Positions 27,829-39,600 of a DNA stretch of 64,000 nt are shown piece after piece; position 1 is the first letter of the stretch; each line of letters begins with the position of its first letter. The position numbers were made by a program, and so were the translations under genes. Below the pieces are notes generated by a model. The model ran no database searches. It was not told the DNA's origin and saw only the letters and a program-made list of their open reading frames with translations. The DNA lies in the sequence record KX397373.1; one strand, given 5' to 3'.

Positions 27829-30800
27829 TTAACCGACCTTGCGTTGGACGTTCAGCGAAGGTGCGGGTTGTGTGATGGGTTGTTGGCGAGAAGCTGAGCC
27901 CGCGGGTGCTTGCCCTTGTGCTTGTGCCTGGTTCCCACCTGTCGATAAACCACGACCGGGGTTCGCCTTCATGTAGTCACGGATTTCTTTCAGATACCCG
28001 GCTGACTCTTTCAGGACATTCAGCTGTTGCACATCGACCGGCACGGTGTTCAGTGTCGGTGTTGTTGCTGTGGCGTCTGAACTGTTGGCCGCAGGTTGCT
28101 GCGCGGCTTTTTGCAGTTGCTTCTCAGCCCCTGCTTTGACCTTCGCAACATCCGTTGGTGACAGCCCGTCTGCTGCTGCGGCAGCTGCTACCCCATCCGC
28201 AGTGGTCGACGCATCACCCCCGCTGGTACCTGCCCCTGGAGACGGTACCGCAGGCCCTGCATTCCCTGACGCCGTGGCTTGTGCATCCGCGGCCGCTTGT
28301 GCCCCTTTTGCATCCAGTGCGTCATCACGACGAGCTGCGTTATCGGCAGGCAAGTCGTCTGCCGCCCCGGCAATCGACGGGTCATTAGCCGCACCGGCTG
28401 CCACCGCTGGGTTAGCCGGAGACAGGTTCTTCGTCAAATCAGCCGTCATTCCTGGCGCTGCACTCATCACGTTGGCCGAGACAGCACCCATGCGACGGTT
28501 CAACTCCTGAATCACTTCACCGATTGTCCGGTTGCGACCTTGTCCATCGTAGAACACCCCTTTGTTCCCTGAGAGAATCGCCGCGGTAATCCCTGGCGCA
28601 CGCGCCGATGGAGCCGTTGGGTTCTTCTGCCAGGCTTTGAGGAACAGTTTACCGCCACCGGCACCGAGGAAGTGGTACAGGTACGCCACCGCTGGCGGTG
28701 GTGCTGCGCCACCCAAGTCACGCTGCGCGGACGCGATGTTGTCACGGATAAACTGCATCCCCAGCAGGGTGTTCGCCCACGGGTCAAGTTGCCCGCCGTT
28801 ACGGTTCAGTTTGTTCGGAATACCAAACTTATTCCCGTGCCCTTTCATCATGTCGCCCCAGGTTCCGTTAATGAACTGGAACAACCCACCGGCTGACCCG
28901 GCACTGTTGGTCACGGTATAGTCGTAGCTTGATTCCGCTTTCGCCATTGCCAAGGCAACGGCTGGCGGAACCCCGAACATCTTCGCCGCATCCACAATCA
29001 TCGACTGGATGGCTTGGACATTCAATGCCCCACGACGACCCAATTTCTCTATCGGGTATTTCTCCGCTAGAGATTTGTAATCCCCGGCCTGGACTTCCCC
29101 AAGACTAATCCCGGATTGGCCAGTGGTCATCTTCGCGTAGTTCTCAATCCCCCCGACCGCATCGACCGATTGTGACAGGTCGTTCGGTGTCCCGTTAAAG
29201 CCCGGTACGGCCGCATAGCCGTTTGCACGGTTTGCCGCATCCGACCCTTTCCCGTAGGTTTCAAAGAACTTGCTTTGTGGGTCATCGCCCGAGGTCTGGA
29301 AGAAGTTGGTGTTCTTATCGCGGCGCTGCCACTGAGCACGTTTCCCGGCAGATTGCGTTTCCTTCAACAGGTTACGCACAGCCAGGTCAGCTTCCTTCGA
29401 CAGCACCCGCAAGGTTTCCAACTCTTTGTCGACCGTACGTGGGTCGGTGTTGGCTTCACCGCCCAATGGGTTGAATGGAATCTCCCACACTGACTGACGC
29501 ACACCCCCTTTCAGGTTGTACGCCCCACGCACCAACAAGGCGATTTCGTACAGGTAACCACCGGTCATTTTCAGGTTCAATGGATCACCGGCAGGCAGGT
29601 AGCGCTTCACCCCAACGAGGAACGTCATGAAAGCAGGTAAGAAGCGGCTAAAGAACCACAACTTGTACCGGTCTTCTTTCGGCCCCCCAATGGCGTCAGG
29701 CGCGAGCACTGCCACCGCTTTCTTCCAATCCCCTTTGTAACTGGCAGACTTCGTGTCGACATCTTTGACGACTTCCTTCTCGAAGAGGTTCAACTGCGTA
29801 CGGGCCGCAGAATCAATCGTCACCAAACCGTACGTTTTCCAACGCAGGGATTCGAGGGCATCCAAATCTTTCTTGTCAGCCACCGCATTCCAGTCGACCT
29901 GAATCTGTACCTGTTCGGTACCGTCTTCCCAACCCTGGGTTTTGATGGTGTTATCGTTACGCGCTTTATCCAGCGCGGCCAGTTTCTGGGTCGATTCCGC
30001 AACCGACGCTGACTTGACCCCATCCACCGCCTCACGCATCCCTTTCTTCTCAGCGATTTTATCATCAACCAGCCAATCAATCTCTTTCCCTACCCGGTCT
30101 TGCACTTTCATCACTTCATCCGCATCCAATAAGTCTGGTGAGGTGAAGGTGATAGCATCCCAGGCTTTCGAGAAGAAGCCCTGATTCACTTTACGTGGAT
30201 CAGTTAGGGCATGGAAAGCGTTGGCGTCTTTCGACATCTTCACTTTCGCCCAGAGGCGCTTCTGATCCGCTTTCGAGGTTTTCGATTGGTCAGCCACATC
30301 CGCTAACTGGATATCATTATCCATCGACTTCAAGGCGGTTACCCAGCGCAGATACACCGGTACGAAACGTTGCAGCATGAACGCCTGGAAGGCCAGCATT
30401 TCGCCTTTCTCTTCCAGATTCACCCCGTACCCTTCGGCGAGTTTCTCTACGTCTTTGGCAGCCATACCACGCAAGGTGGCTTGTCCTTTGTCATCGTAGC
30501 TGATGTATTGCTTGATGTTGTCTTCGAGGAAGCGGGCTTTTGCACCGTCATCGGATGACCAGGCATCGTTGTTGCGATAACCGTACTGGGCCAAACGCAT
30601 TTTGTCTAAACGCAATGCAGCCTTGTACGTGGCGATATGGTAAGCCAGCCAGGATGCACCGACGACAGCAGCCCCGATAGCAATGGCAGGCCAACCGACC
30701 GCAGCAACCACCGCAGAGGCGGCTGTGTACAGTCCGGTTGCCACCGCCGGGATAGCACGCGTTACTGCGAACTTCCCAACCTGCCAGGCGGCTTTCCCTA

Positions 30801-33800
30801 CCAGGGCAGCGGGTTTAAAGATACCCCACTTCGCCACGGTGCCGAGGATAGACCCGACGGTACCGAGAATACTGACAATCGGACCGATTAAAGGCAGACC
30901 TTTAAGCATGTCCATAATGCCACCCTTCTTCCCGCCACGTTTCGGTGGTGCAGCGGCTTCCTCTTCTTCCTTGGTACGCCGCCGACGACGGAAGAACGAG
31001 AAGTAATCACGTTTCTCATCGGACTCTTTCGGTTTGTTACGGCGACCAAACTTCGAGAACATGGTACGCAGTAACCCGTCTGACCCACCGGCTTTCTCTA
31101 CCGAGTCACGCATGGTGTTGAACCATGACATCTCTTGCAGATCAACCATACGAGACATACGGTCTAACAACCGACTGCCGAGCGAACGGGATTTGTCCGC
31201 AGCAGACCCAATCACATCGGCAGCTGCGCCCTTCACTTTATCCACATCGTCTTTGATGGCCGATTTGACTTTCTTACCCGAGATACCGCCGCGGGCATTC
31301 AGGTGGTCACGGTAGAAGTCTGCCACGTCATCATCACGTCCGGCTAAACGCCGCGCGACTTCGTAACGGGTAGCGATGTCATGACGTGACCCGCGGAACG
31401 AATCCACGATGTTGTTGCCACGCTCCACCACATTTCCGAACTCGTCACGCACGGTGTCCATCCCGTCACCGACACGACCACGGAATCGACCCCAGCGTTT
31501 ACCGAATCGACGACGAGCCATGACTTTGGCACGACGGAGCGCCTGGGCGGCTTGACCGCGTAACCCTTTACCACCCCCGACGTTCTTCTCCATCTGCTCA
31601 GTCCAACCTTCATCCTCCGCCTCACCGGCTAAGCGCTTGTTCAGCAACTTATAGATGCGAATTAAGATGTGGTTAGTCTTACGAGCATTGGACATCGAGA
31701 ACAGCGAGATACCGCCACCCCCACCTTCACGGTTTTGCCACCAACGGGTCAGTGGGTTGTTCTGGGCCATGTCTTTGAACTTGTCCCAGCCGTTCTTGGC
31801 GGCGTCCCACACTTTCTTCGGTAAACTGGTTACACGGGAGAAAGCAGCCTGAATGCGAGACTTCTCTTCGCCCTCAGGGATCTCATTCAGCCAGTCTTTG
31901 ACCTTGGTCATAAATGACCCGGCTTTCGGGGAGATAAAGTCCAGCAAGCGTTTTGGCAGCTTCACAATCTTGTTCAGACCGGTACCGGCCTTTTGAGCCA
32001 GTATCTGGAACAGGGCTTGTGCTTTACCGCCTTTGTAGTAACGCAGCTTTCCAGCTTTGGCCAAATCGGCCGCAGCCAGAATCAGGTTTCCGGCTTCATC
32101 AACAATGTCACGACCGAGGCGAATATCATCCAGCGATTTCAGCTGTTTCATTTTCGCACCTGAGCCACTGGAGACCTGGTAATATTCCCCGGCTTCCAGT
32201 TTCGCACCTTGCAGCACGACATTGCCTTTCTCATCAAAGATGTCACGGATACCCAAGGTACCTTTTACAAAGCCCGAGGCTGAATTCCACGCCCCTTCAA
32301 AGCCCCCGGTGACCAGACCCCGAATCTTCGACAGAATCCCTGGCCCTTCACCACCCCCAAACTTACCGCGGGCCCAAGAACCGAATTTACCCAGACGGTC
32401 TTTTGCCCCTTTGCCCAAACGACCGGCAAAGCGACCCATCCCGGCAGCAGAGTCAAACAGCACCCCACCCCAGCGGCGCAGTAACCCGTCTTCCCCAATG
32501 ATGATGCGACGACGGCGACCGCCGCCACCCGGACCACCCCGCGGAGGACGAGGTGGACCTTGGATATCATCCGACCCTTCACCCCCTGGACCGCCACCCC
32601 CAGCCAGTGACGCTAACAGCACACCCTCTTCATCCATGCTTTTCACATGCTCGAGGATTTTCTGTACCACGGACAGGTTGCTGGATTCACGGATAGCGGC
32701 TACGATACGGTCGGTTTGGCCGGACTGGTCTTGTGCCTGATTACGCTGGCTGAGGAGTTCCACAAAGTTCGTAGAGGTTTCCCCGTAAAGCACCGCGGCT
32801 AACTGGCGTGGGTTCAGTCCTTTGCCGCCCTTGCCTTTTCCTTTACCGCCTAATCCCGGTGGTAAGGAGGTATCATCGTCTGCCGGGCCACCGCTCCCCG
32901 CACCCATACGGCGCAGATAATCCCCGAGTGCTGAACCATTCTGCAACTTCTTGGCAATCTCCTGGTCACGCGTTAATGCACGACCAGTACGGGTTTTACC
33001 CATAGCCAAGTTATTGAAGAGGGTATAGGGATCGGACAGGTCTTTGTCCACGGCGAACACATCACTTTTCGCATCGTAGTTAAAGATACCTGCATCACGC
33101 AGCGCACGTTCACCGTAAATGTTCGCGGCTTCATCAATCATGCTCTGGCGGGCAGTAATTGACGATTGGATGGTAGCGATACGGGACGCCAGTTCGTTAC
33201 TCAGTTCCGCATGACCACCAGTAAGGCCCTCTGAGCGTCTCTGTAAGATGCCCTGGAGCTTCTCAGAGCCGTTGCCACCCATGTGTCGCATTAAGTGGCT
33301 AGAGTCTTTCAGGATGGCTCCTACGTCGAATGCGCGGCCTTGTGAGGCACGGGACTCAACATAGTCAGCCAGGTGTTGACGTTCTTTGGCGGAAAGTTCC
33401 CCTTTGTCGTCAATGAAGTCAACGGTTTTGTTGATTGACCCTTGCAGACGCAGACGCTGTTCATCGTTAGCCACTGCTTTACGGACACGGTTACCAATCA
33501 CCTTACGGTCAACGAATCCCCGACTGGTGATGTCGTATTCCATGTCTGCGTGTTCACCGTAACCCCGGCGAATCGATTTGTTGATTTCGGATAACCAGGC
33601 CGGGATAATCTCGGTCAAGGTTAAGTGGGCTTTACGGTCGAACTTGGCCGAACGTTGCATCGCTGCACCGTCACGTTCATCCAGGAACGCTTTCTCACGG
33701 TTCAGCGGTTGTACAATCCCCATCTCGTTGAGGAAACGGAAGATGTCAGCCAACGGGCCTTCGGATTCACCGGCGATGGCCGAGTTGGAAATCGACGACA

Positions 33801-34974
33801 GGTTCTGGAAATTGAATTTTCCCGCCTGTAGCCGTTTCATCACCTCGGGGTTCTTTTCCAGTTCCTCGCGTGACCACTTCTGCAATTTCTCGATTTGCGG
33901 GCCGAGCAATTTCTTCGCTAACCACCCGGAACCCCAGCCCACGGTTTTATCGCGGGCATTGGTTTTCCGTTTCTCGGCGGTCAGGGACGAACTGTCGTCC
34001 ATCCCAAAATCGTCTTCCACACCCATGCCGAGCAATTGCTCGAGCATCCCGCGGCCTTCACCGAAGGCATTGCTGATTTTCTTTTTGGCATTCTCACGGA
34101 TTTGGTCAATAAACCCATCAGCGTGCTTCAGTGGGTTTATCCACTCTGCGGCTTTACGTTTTACGTTTGCCCAGTGAACTTCCGAGAACTCCTCTTTCGC
34201 GTAATCGGGTAACGCGGTGTTCTTCTGGATAGCTTCGAGTGCCGGGGTGTTACGGTCAAACTCATCCTGTTTCAGTTTGGCCAAATCCTGCAAGGCGAAC
34301 AATGTCCGGTATTGCAGTTCCAGTTGTTTACGCTGGACGTTTAAGAACACCCCACGGTGCAGACTGGTGGTAAGACTGATGTCCTTGGCGATACCGATAA
34401 CGGTCTGGAACATCGCATCGGACTTCATCTGTTGGACGGAGTCACGGATACGGTCTTCGGTAGCGACTTCACGCATATCGCGTTGCTGTTCTTCCGTTGG
34501 GCCTCCGCCCCCGAACACTTCGCCCAGCTCCCTGTCCATCATCGCCTGTTTCGGGTCGTAGTTGTTGTATTCAACTTGATCCGATTTTGCCCACTTGTCA
34601 ATCTTGCGGGTCATGGCATCCGGCAGATACCGTTTGAGGGTTGGGCCTAACTGACGCGCTTGCTGCTTAATCATGCGCTCAGTCTTGACAAGCTCATCCT
34701 TCGTATGGGCAACTATATCCTTCCCCGCAGCTGCCACGTTCTGGTAGCCGTCGTAGGCATCTGCCGCAGGCTTTGGTAATCCTTTCAGGATGACCTGATC
34801 ACGTTTCCCTTTTGGCCAGATAGTTGAGAGGGCGGACTTACGCGCAACGCGCAAGGTGTCCATAATCGGGTTACGACTCTTGTCTGTATTTCGTGGTGGC
34901 TCGCCGAAGTCATCCCAGTCGTCCATCCTGTCGAGATCAAGATCGTCGAAGTCGTCTCTGCCTTTTTTAGCCAT
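27829..34974 (-). CDS. Tape measure protein with C-terminal lytic transglycosylase domain (phiKZ gp181-like)
   Basis: 2381 aa, helical and low-complexity; SLT motifs AMAKAESSY and GLFQF near 28870-28960. Confidence 0.9.
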   Translation of the reverse strand: MAKKGRDDFDDLDLDRMDDWDDFGEPPRNTDKSRNPIMDTLRVARKSALSTIWPKGKRDQVILKGLPKPAADAYDGYQNVAAAGKDIVAHTKDELVKTERMIKQQARQLGPTLKRYLPDAMTRKIDKWAKSDQVEYNNYDPKQAMMDRELGEVFGGGGPTEEQQRDMREVATEDRIRDSVQQMKSDAMFQTVIGIAKDISLTTSLHRGVFLNVQRKQLELQYRTLFALQDLAKLKQDEFDRNTPALEAIQKNTALPDYAKEEFSEVHWANVKRKAAEWINPLKHADGFIDQIRENAKKKISNAFGEGRGMLEQLLGMGVEDDFGMDDSSSLTAEKRKTNARDKTVGWGSGWLAKKLLGPQIEKLQKWSREELEKNPEVMKRLQAGKFNFQNLSSISNSAIAGESEGPLADIFRFLNEMGIVQPLNREKAFLDERDGAAMQRSAKFDRKAHLTLTEIIPAWLSEINKSIRRGYGEHADMEYDITSRGFVDRKVIGNRVRKAVANDEQRLRLQGSINKTVDFIDDKGELSAKERQHLADYVESRASQGRAFDVGAILKDSSHLMRHMGGNGSEKLQGILQRRSEGLTGGHAELSNELASRIATIQSSITARQSMIDEAANIYGERALRDAGIFNYDAKSDVFAVDKDLSDPYTLFNNLAMGKTRTGRALTRDQEIAKKLQNGSALGDYLRRMGAGSGGPADDDTSLPPGLGGKGKGKGGKGLNPRQLAAVLYGETSTNFVELLSQRNQAQDQSGQTDRIVAAIRESSNLSVVQKILEHVKSMDEEGVLLASLAGGGGPGGEGSDDIQGPPRPPRGGPGGGGRRRRIIIGEDGLLRRWGGVLFDSAAGMGRFAGRLGKGAKDRLGKFGSWARGKFGGGEGPGILSKIRGLVTGGFEGAWNSASGFVKGTLGIRDIFDEKGNVVLQGAKLEAGEYYQVSSGSGAKMKQLKSLDDIRLGRDIVDEAGNLILAAADLAKAGKLRYYKGGKAQALFQILAQKAGTGLNKIVKLPKRLLDFISPKAGSFMTKVKDWLNEIPEGEEKSRIQAAFSRVTSLPKKVWDAAKNGWDKFKDMAQNNPLTRWWQNREGGGGGISLFSMSNARKTNHILIRIYKLLNKRLAGEAEDEGWTEQMEKNVGGGKGLRGQAAQALRRAKVMARRRFGKRWGRFRGRVGDGMDTVRDEFGNVVERGNNIVDSFRGSRHDIATRYEVARRLAGRDDDVADFYRDHLNARGGISGKKVKSAIKDDVDKVKGAAADVIGSAADKSRSLGSRLLDRMSRMVDLQEMSWFNTMRDSVEKAGGSDGLLRTMFSKFGRRNKPKESDEKRDYFSFFRRRRRTKEEEEAAAPPKRGGKKGGIMDMLKGLPLIGPIVSILGTVGSILGTVAKWGIFKPAALVGKAAWQVGKFAVTRAIPAVATGLYTAASAVVAAVGWPAIAIGAAVVGASWLAYHIATYKAALRLDKMRLAQYGYRNNDAWSSDDGAKARFLEDNIKQYISYDDKGQATLRGMAAKDVEKLAEGYGVNLEEKGEMLAFQAFMLQRFVPVYLRWVTALKSMDNDIQLADVADQSKTSKADQKRLWAKVKMSKDANAFHALTDPRKVNQGFFSKAWDAITFTSPDLLDADEVMKVQDRVGKEIDWLVDDKIAEKKGMREAVDGVKSASVAESTQKLAALDKARNDNTIKTQGWEDGTEQVQIQVDWNAVADKKDLDALESLRWKTYGLVTIDSAARTQLNLFEKEVVKDVDTKSASYKGDWKKAVAVLAPDAIGGPKEDRYKLWFFSRFLPAFMTFLVGVKRYLPAGDPLNLKMTGGYLYEIALLVRGAYNLKGGVRQSVWEIPFNPLGGEANTDPRTVDKELETLRVLSKEADLAVRNLLKETQSAGKRAQWQRRDKNTNFFQTSGDDPQSKFFETYGKGSDAANRANGYAAVPGFNGTPNDLSQSVDAVGGIENYAKMTTGQSGISLGEVQAGDYKSLAEKYPIEKLGRRGALNVQAIQSMIVDAAKMFGVPPAVALAMAKAESSYDYTVTNSAGSAGGLFQFINGTWGDMMKGHGNKFGIPNKLNRNGGQLDPWANTLLGMQFIRDNIASAQRDLGGAAPPPAVAYLYHFLGAGGGKLFLKAWQKNPTAPSARAPGITAAILSGNKGVFYDGQGRNRTIGEVIQELNRRMGAVSANVMSAAPGMTADLTKNLSPANPAVAAGAANDPSIAGAADDLPADNAARRDDALDAKGAQAAADAQATASGNAGPAVPSPGAGTSGGDASTTADGVAAAAAADGLSPTDVAKVKAGAEKQLQKAAQQPAANSSDATATTPTLNTVPVDVQQLNVLKESAGYLKEIRDYMKANPGRGLSTGGNQAQAQGQAPAGSASRQQPITQPAPSLNVQRKVG

Positions 34975-35003
34975 GTTGATAATTCCAATTCAGGAGCTTA
35001 AAA

Positions 35004-36617
35004 GTGAAAAAGCTAAACTGGGTTGACTTTTATTTATTAAACGTCAACAAGTCCCTGGTGTCGCAACTCAAACCCGTAACATCGACAGACACCTTTCAGG
35101 GGTTGACGAAAAACTTTCACCCTGAGGGACTGTACTCAACCGACATCTTCGGTCTGACGGGAAGTGAAGCGCGCGACAGTACATTCTCGTACATCGATAT
35201 CAAACTGGATATCATTTCGCCCACCGTGTGTTTGGCCATGTTTCAGCTGAAACAGCTGTACGAAGAAATCTGTTCCGGGAAACGCTTTGCGACCTGGAAC
35301 GAGAAAGAAAAAGACTTTGAGCCAGCGCTGCCCAGTGAAAAAGGTGCAGACACCGGCTTTAACTTCTTCTTAAGTCACTACACCGAACTTGACCCGAGCC
35401 GGAACGATTCCCTGCGTCGTGATGAGTCCGTTGACTTCTTCAATAAATTCCGACCCGTCAGTTTGAGTCGTTACGTGTTAGTCCTGCCAGCCGGTCTGCG
35501 TGACTTGGTGGTACGCCCTGACGGTCGTGACCAAGAAGATGACATTGGTGGTTTGTACCGCCGTCTGGTCTCCCTGTCCCGTGCGATTCCTGACCGCAAT
35601 GCGCGTACCGAATTGACTGACCCCGTCCGCTGGAAACTCCAGCAAACCTTTAACGAGATTTGGATGTACTTCTTTAACATCCAGGACGGAAAGGGTGGTT
35701 TTGCTCGACGTAAGGTCACGTCCCGTAAACTGCTGAACGGTACCCGTAACGTACTGTCTTCGTTCTCAACCGGTTCTAAGGTAATGGGGCGTGAGGATGC
35801 GGTGCGTCCAACCGATACGCGTATCGGTTTGTACCAAACCTTGAAGGCACTCCTCCCGGTTGCCCAGTACAACATCCGCGAACGTTACCTCAGTAACATC
35901 CGTGCGGGTGACGGGAACCTTTACGGGGTGAACACCAAAACCCTCAAGCGGGAATTCTTAGAAGTGCCGGGGCGGGTCTATGACCTCTACGCCACCGACG
36001 ATGGTATTGAGTTACTCATCAACCGCATGGAAGCTCGCGAGCTTCGCCATCAGCCGATGATGATTGACAAAGACCATTACGTTGCTCTGATTTATCAGGA
36101 CAAGAAGCACTTCAAAGTCTTCTACGACATTGAAGAACTCCCTGAAGGATTCTCGCGCAAACTGGTACGCGGAATTTCATTAGCCGAACTGCTCTACCTT
36201 TCCGGATACGATCTCTGGAATGACTACTTCTCATTCATTACTCGTTACCCTGTAACGGGACGTGGATCGACTTACTCCTCGACCATAAGATTGGAGACCA
36301 CGACGTCATCGCTCTATTTAAAAGAGCTGGAGGACGACTGGGTGACCGTAAAAGCCAAGGGTGCTACGAGCTTCCCTGACCGTAACGTGCCAACCTTTGT
36401 GGAATCTATGGCTCCCCATCCGTCCCGATTGGGCGGGCTGGGTGGTGACTACGACGGCGATACTGGCTCAGCCAACAGCCCGATGTCACAAGAAGCCCTC
36501 GAGGAGAATAGAAAGTGGGTCAATTCAAAGAACTACTGGTTTGCGACTGACGGCAGTTTCAAAGTCCAACCTGTCAACAATGTGATTAAGCGTGCGACGC
36601 AAGCTCTGTTGAAATGA
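35004..36617 (+). CDS. rpoC: Virion RNA polymerase beta-prime N-terminal/catalytic piece (phiKZ gp180-like)
   Basis: Catalytic GGDYDGD motif; LYSTDIFG, VLVLPAGLRD and RYP motifs; GTG start with GGAG RBS. Confidence 0.9.
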   Translation: MKKLNWVDFYLLNVNKSLVSQLKPVTSTDTFQGLTKNFHPEGLYSTDIFGLTGSEARDSTFSYIDIKLDIISPTVCLAMFQLKQLYEEICSGKRFATWNEKEKDFEPALPSEKGADTGFNFFLSHYTELDPSRNDSLRRDESVDFFNKFRPVSLSRYVLVLPAGLRDLVVRPDGRDQEDDIGGLYRRLVSLSRAIPDRNARTELTDPVRWKLQQTFNEIWMYFFNIQDGKGGFARRKVTSRKLLNGTRNVLSSFSTGSKVMGREDAVRPTDTRIGLYQTLKALLPVAQYNIRERYLSNIRAGDGNLYGVNTKTLKREFLEVPGRVYDLYATDDGIELLINRMEARELRHQPMMIDKDHYVALIYQDKKHFKVFYDIEELPEGFSRKLVRGISLAELLYLSGYDLWNDYFSFITRYPVTGRGSTYSSTIRLETTTSSLYLKELEDDWVTVKAKGATSFPDRNVPTFVESMAPHPSRLGGLGGDYDGDTGSANSPMSQEALEENRKWVNSKNYWFATDGSFKVQPVNNVIKRATQALLK

Positions 36618-36632
36618 CCATAAGGCTCGACT

Positions 36633-39600
36633 ATGCTTCTCATTAAGCAGTTTAACCAACGCTTCTCTGTGCGTAAAACGGATGAGTTCGGGAAACCGCG
36701 TATCATCCCGCTGGAGAAGTTGCAGATTCCGCGCGGGGCCGTTTTCCACACCATCGACCTTGACCAGGTCGTACTGGCTCCACCGGTCAGTACCCCGATT
36801 CTCCAGGACTTGGAAAAGCCTGCGCAGATTCGCCACCACTTCAAACTGCCTGAAGAAGGTATCTCTGGCCACCCACGCAACAAACCGGTGCAGGGGCAAG
36901 AGAAAGCGATTTTCCAGTACCACCGTGTGAACCGTAGTTTCCGTCGCCTGTCGTCTGACGCCCTGGTGCGTAAAGACCTGAAAACCCTGCTGATTGAAAA
37001 CTACACCCCGATGCTGTCGCACTACATCTACCCGGACACGCAGCTGGCCTGGTATGACCGTCTGCGCAACATCATGGTCACCATGACCAACCAGTTCAAA
37101 TACGACACAGCAGAATACCTGCGACAGAACTACTTCGTGATTGAGCTGGGCTCGACCCTGCCTTCGTTCAACAAATTCCAGACCACGTTCAACGACCGTG
37201 TGAAAACCAAACTGGAAAAGTTCCACGACTTTAACCTGTTGTGGTTGTTGGAAATCTTTGCCTGGGCGTACGGTCATCAGAAAGACTCCCTGTTTGACGG
37301 CATGGACATTACCCAGCTGTCACGCATGAACTTCATCTTTACCCACAACAGCGGCTTTACGTCGATGAACATGGGTCTGGTTGAGAAAATGCGTAAGTCC
37401 TCAGGCGGGCGTCTGAGTGATGACCAGATGGGGCGTAACTTCTACAAGTCTCTGGTACAGGTGATGACCCAGGCACCGTCTGACGAGTACGAAGCCGAGT
37501 TCCTGACCCCAGAAGGTGAAGAACGTATCGTAACTCGTGACGAAGTCGAAGAAGACAACGTTGACCTGGTTGACGATAACGATGACGTGGATAATGAAGC
37601 GGACGTGCAGGACGATAACAGCTTCGATGAAAAAGAAGACCTGGTTATCGAAGCACCGAAAGAAGACATCAAAGCCACCACTATCGTTGTTGAGAAACAC
37701 ATTGCTCACGACGAAGTGATTAAGCAGGAAGTGAAGCGTCTGGCTGAGGCTGGACGCGTGACGTCGAAAGCGTACCAGTTCCTGTCTGATTCTTCGCAAC
37801 GTTTCGTCAATCTGCCGAACCCGTACAACCCGAAAGAAACCTACGGCCAGGCTTTGACCATCGACGTGAAAGACATCGAAGTCAAAGCCAAACCGAAAAA
37901 GATTGAGCGTCTGGTCACAGACGAGGCCTGGTTTGAAAACACCAACGACCAGGTTATCTCCCAGTATAACAAGACCATGCTGCCGAAAGACGTCTTGTCC
38001 GCCGTAGCATCAACCCAGCGCCTGGGCTTGGCGATTCACAACCACACGGTAGAGAAAGAAAACACCGTGACCGGTAAAGTGGAACACCACACCCTGCGCA
38101 TTCAACCTATCGGTGGCGAACCGACCACTATCCGTTTCTCTATCCCGTCGTTAACTGAAGACGGTACCTGGGTGGCGAACGGTGTGGAATACACCATGCG
38201 TAAGCAGCGTGTTGATTTGCCAATCCGTAAGGTTGCCCCGGATACGGTTGCCCTGACCACTGCGTACGGCAAGAACTTTGTACGCCGCAGTGATAAAGTG
38301 GTAAACGATTACGGACGTTGGTTGACGAATGCGATTATCACGCGTGCCGTTGACCCGAAAAACACCGAAGTGACTGATGCCAAACTGGCAAACGTGTTCG
38401 ACCCTCTTCTAACGCTGCCACGTCAATACACCGAAGTGGCACGGCGTGTAGCGACCTTCAATGCGATGGGCTACATGTGGAGTTTCGATTACAAAATGCG
38501 TGACACCTTCTTTGACAGTGATCAAATCGCTGACGCGGACCGCGCCAAACTGATCCCTGTTGCGAAGAAAGCGCGTAGCGAAATCATTCTCTGCATGGAC
38601 GACAAGTCGCAGATGTACAAGGTCAAAGAAGACCAGGTTGAACCGCTTGGCACCTTAGCTGAAATGCTGGGTGTTGATGAATCCAAAGCACCGCGTGAAA
38701 TGACCGAACTGTCGCTGATGGGCAAGTCTGTTTCGCTCGGCTTCATCTTCTCCTTCTACCTTGGGTTGCAGGGGGCGTTGAAACACTTTGGTATCCAGTA
38801 TGAACTCGTCCCGGCGGGTCAGCGTGTGGACAAGTCGCAGTACGACAGTATCATCCGTCTGCAAGATGCGAAGATTCTGGTCAACTGTGACAACGACCAA
38901 CAACGCATGATTCTCAACGGCCTTGACCGTTATTTGAAACACCTGACTGCCTACACCGAGTCAGAAGTCGAACGTGAAGACATTTACCTGAACCTGTTAC
39001 GTGATGCAGATGGCCTGACACCTCGGTACATCAAAGAGCTGAAACAAATGCGGACCGCCTTTGTTGACGACATGCACGCGCGTATCCTCAGGAAGATGGG
39101 TGAGCCGGAAACCTTTATCGGCTTGCTGGAACGTTCCAACGAAATGCTCCAGACTGACCAGACCTTGCCGGAAATCAACGGTGAGGAAATGATGTTCATC
39201 GGGAACCAGCGTATTGCGTACCACATCTATACCGCAATGGTGCGGGCGATGCGTAACTACAATAACGCACCGGGTGCGAACCGTAAGTTCGAACTGACGC
39301 AGGACATGATTTGGGGCGCTATTAACTCCGATCCGTCTGTGCTGTTGGCACCGGGGGCTAACCCGATTCAGAGCATCAAAGAGAAGGACGTGGTGACGAT
39401 GGGCGGTACCGGTGGTCGTAACCGTAAGACCATGGTGTACCACACCCGTGAGTTCCAGCCGTCTGACCTCGGTATCGTGTCGGGTAACACGGTCGATAAC
39501 GGGGACGTAGGTATCACCGCGTTCTTAACCAACAACCCGGCTTTCGACACCATCGATGGTACCACGTACAAACGTAAAGACGAGTTAAAACCCGGAGAGG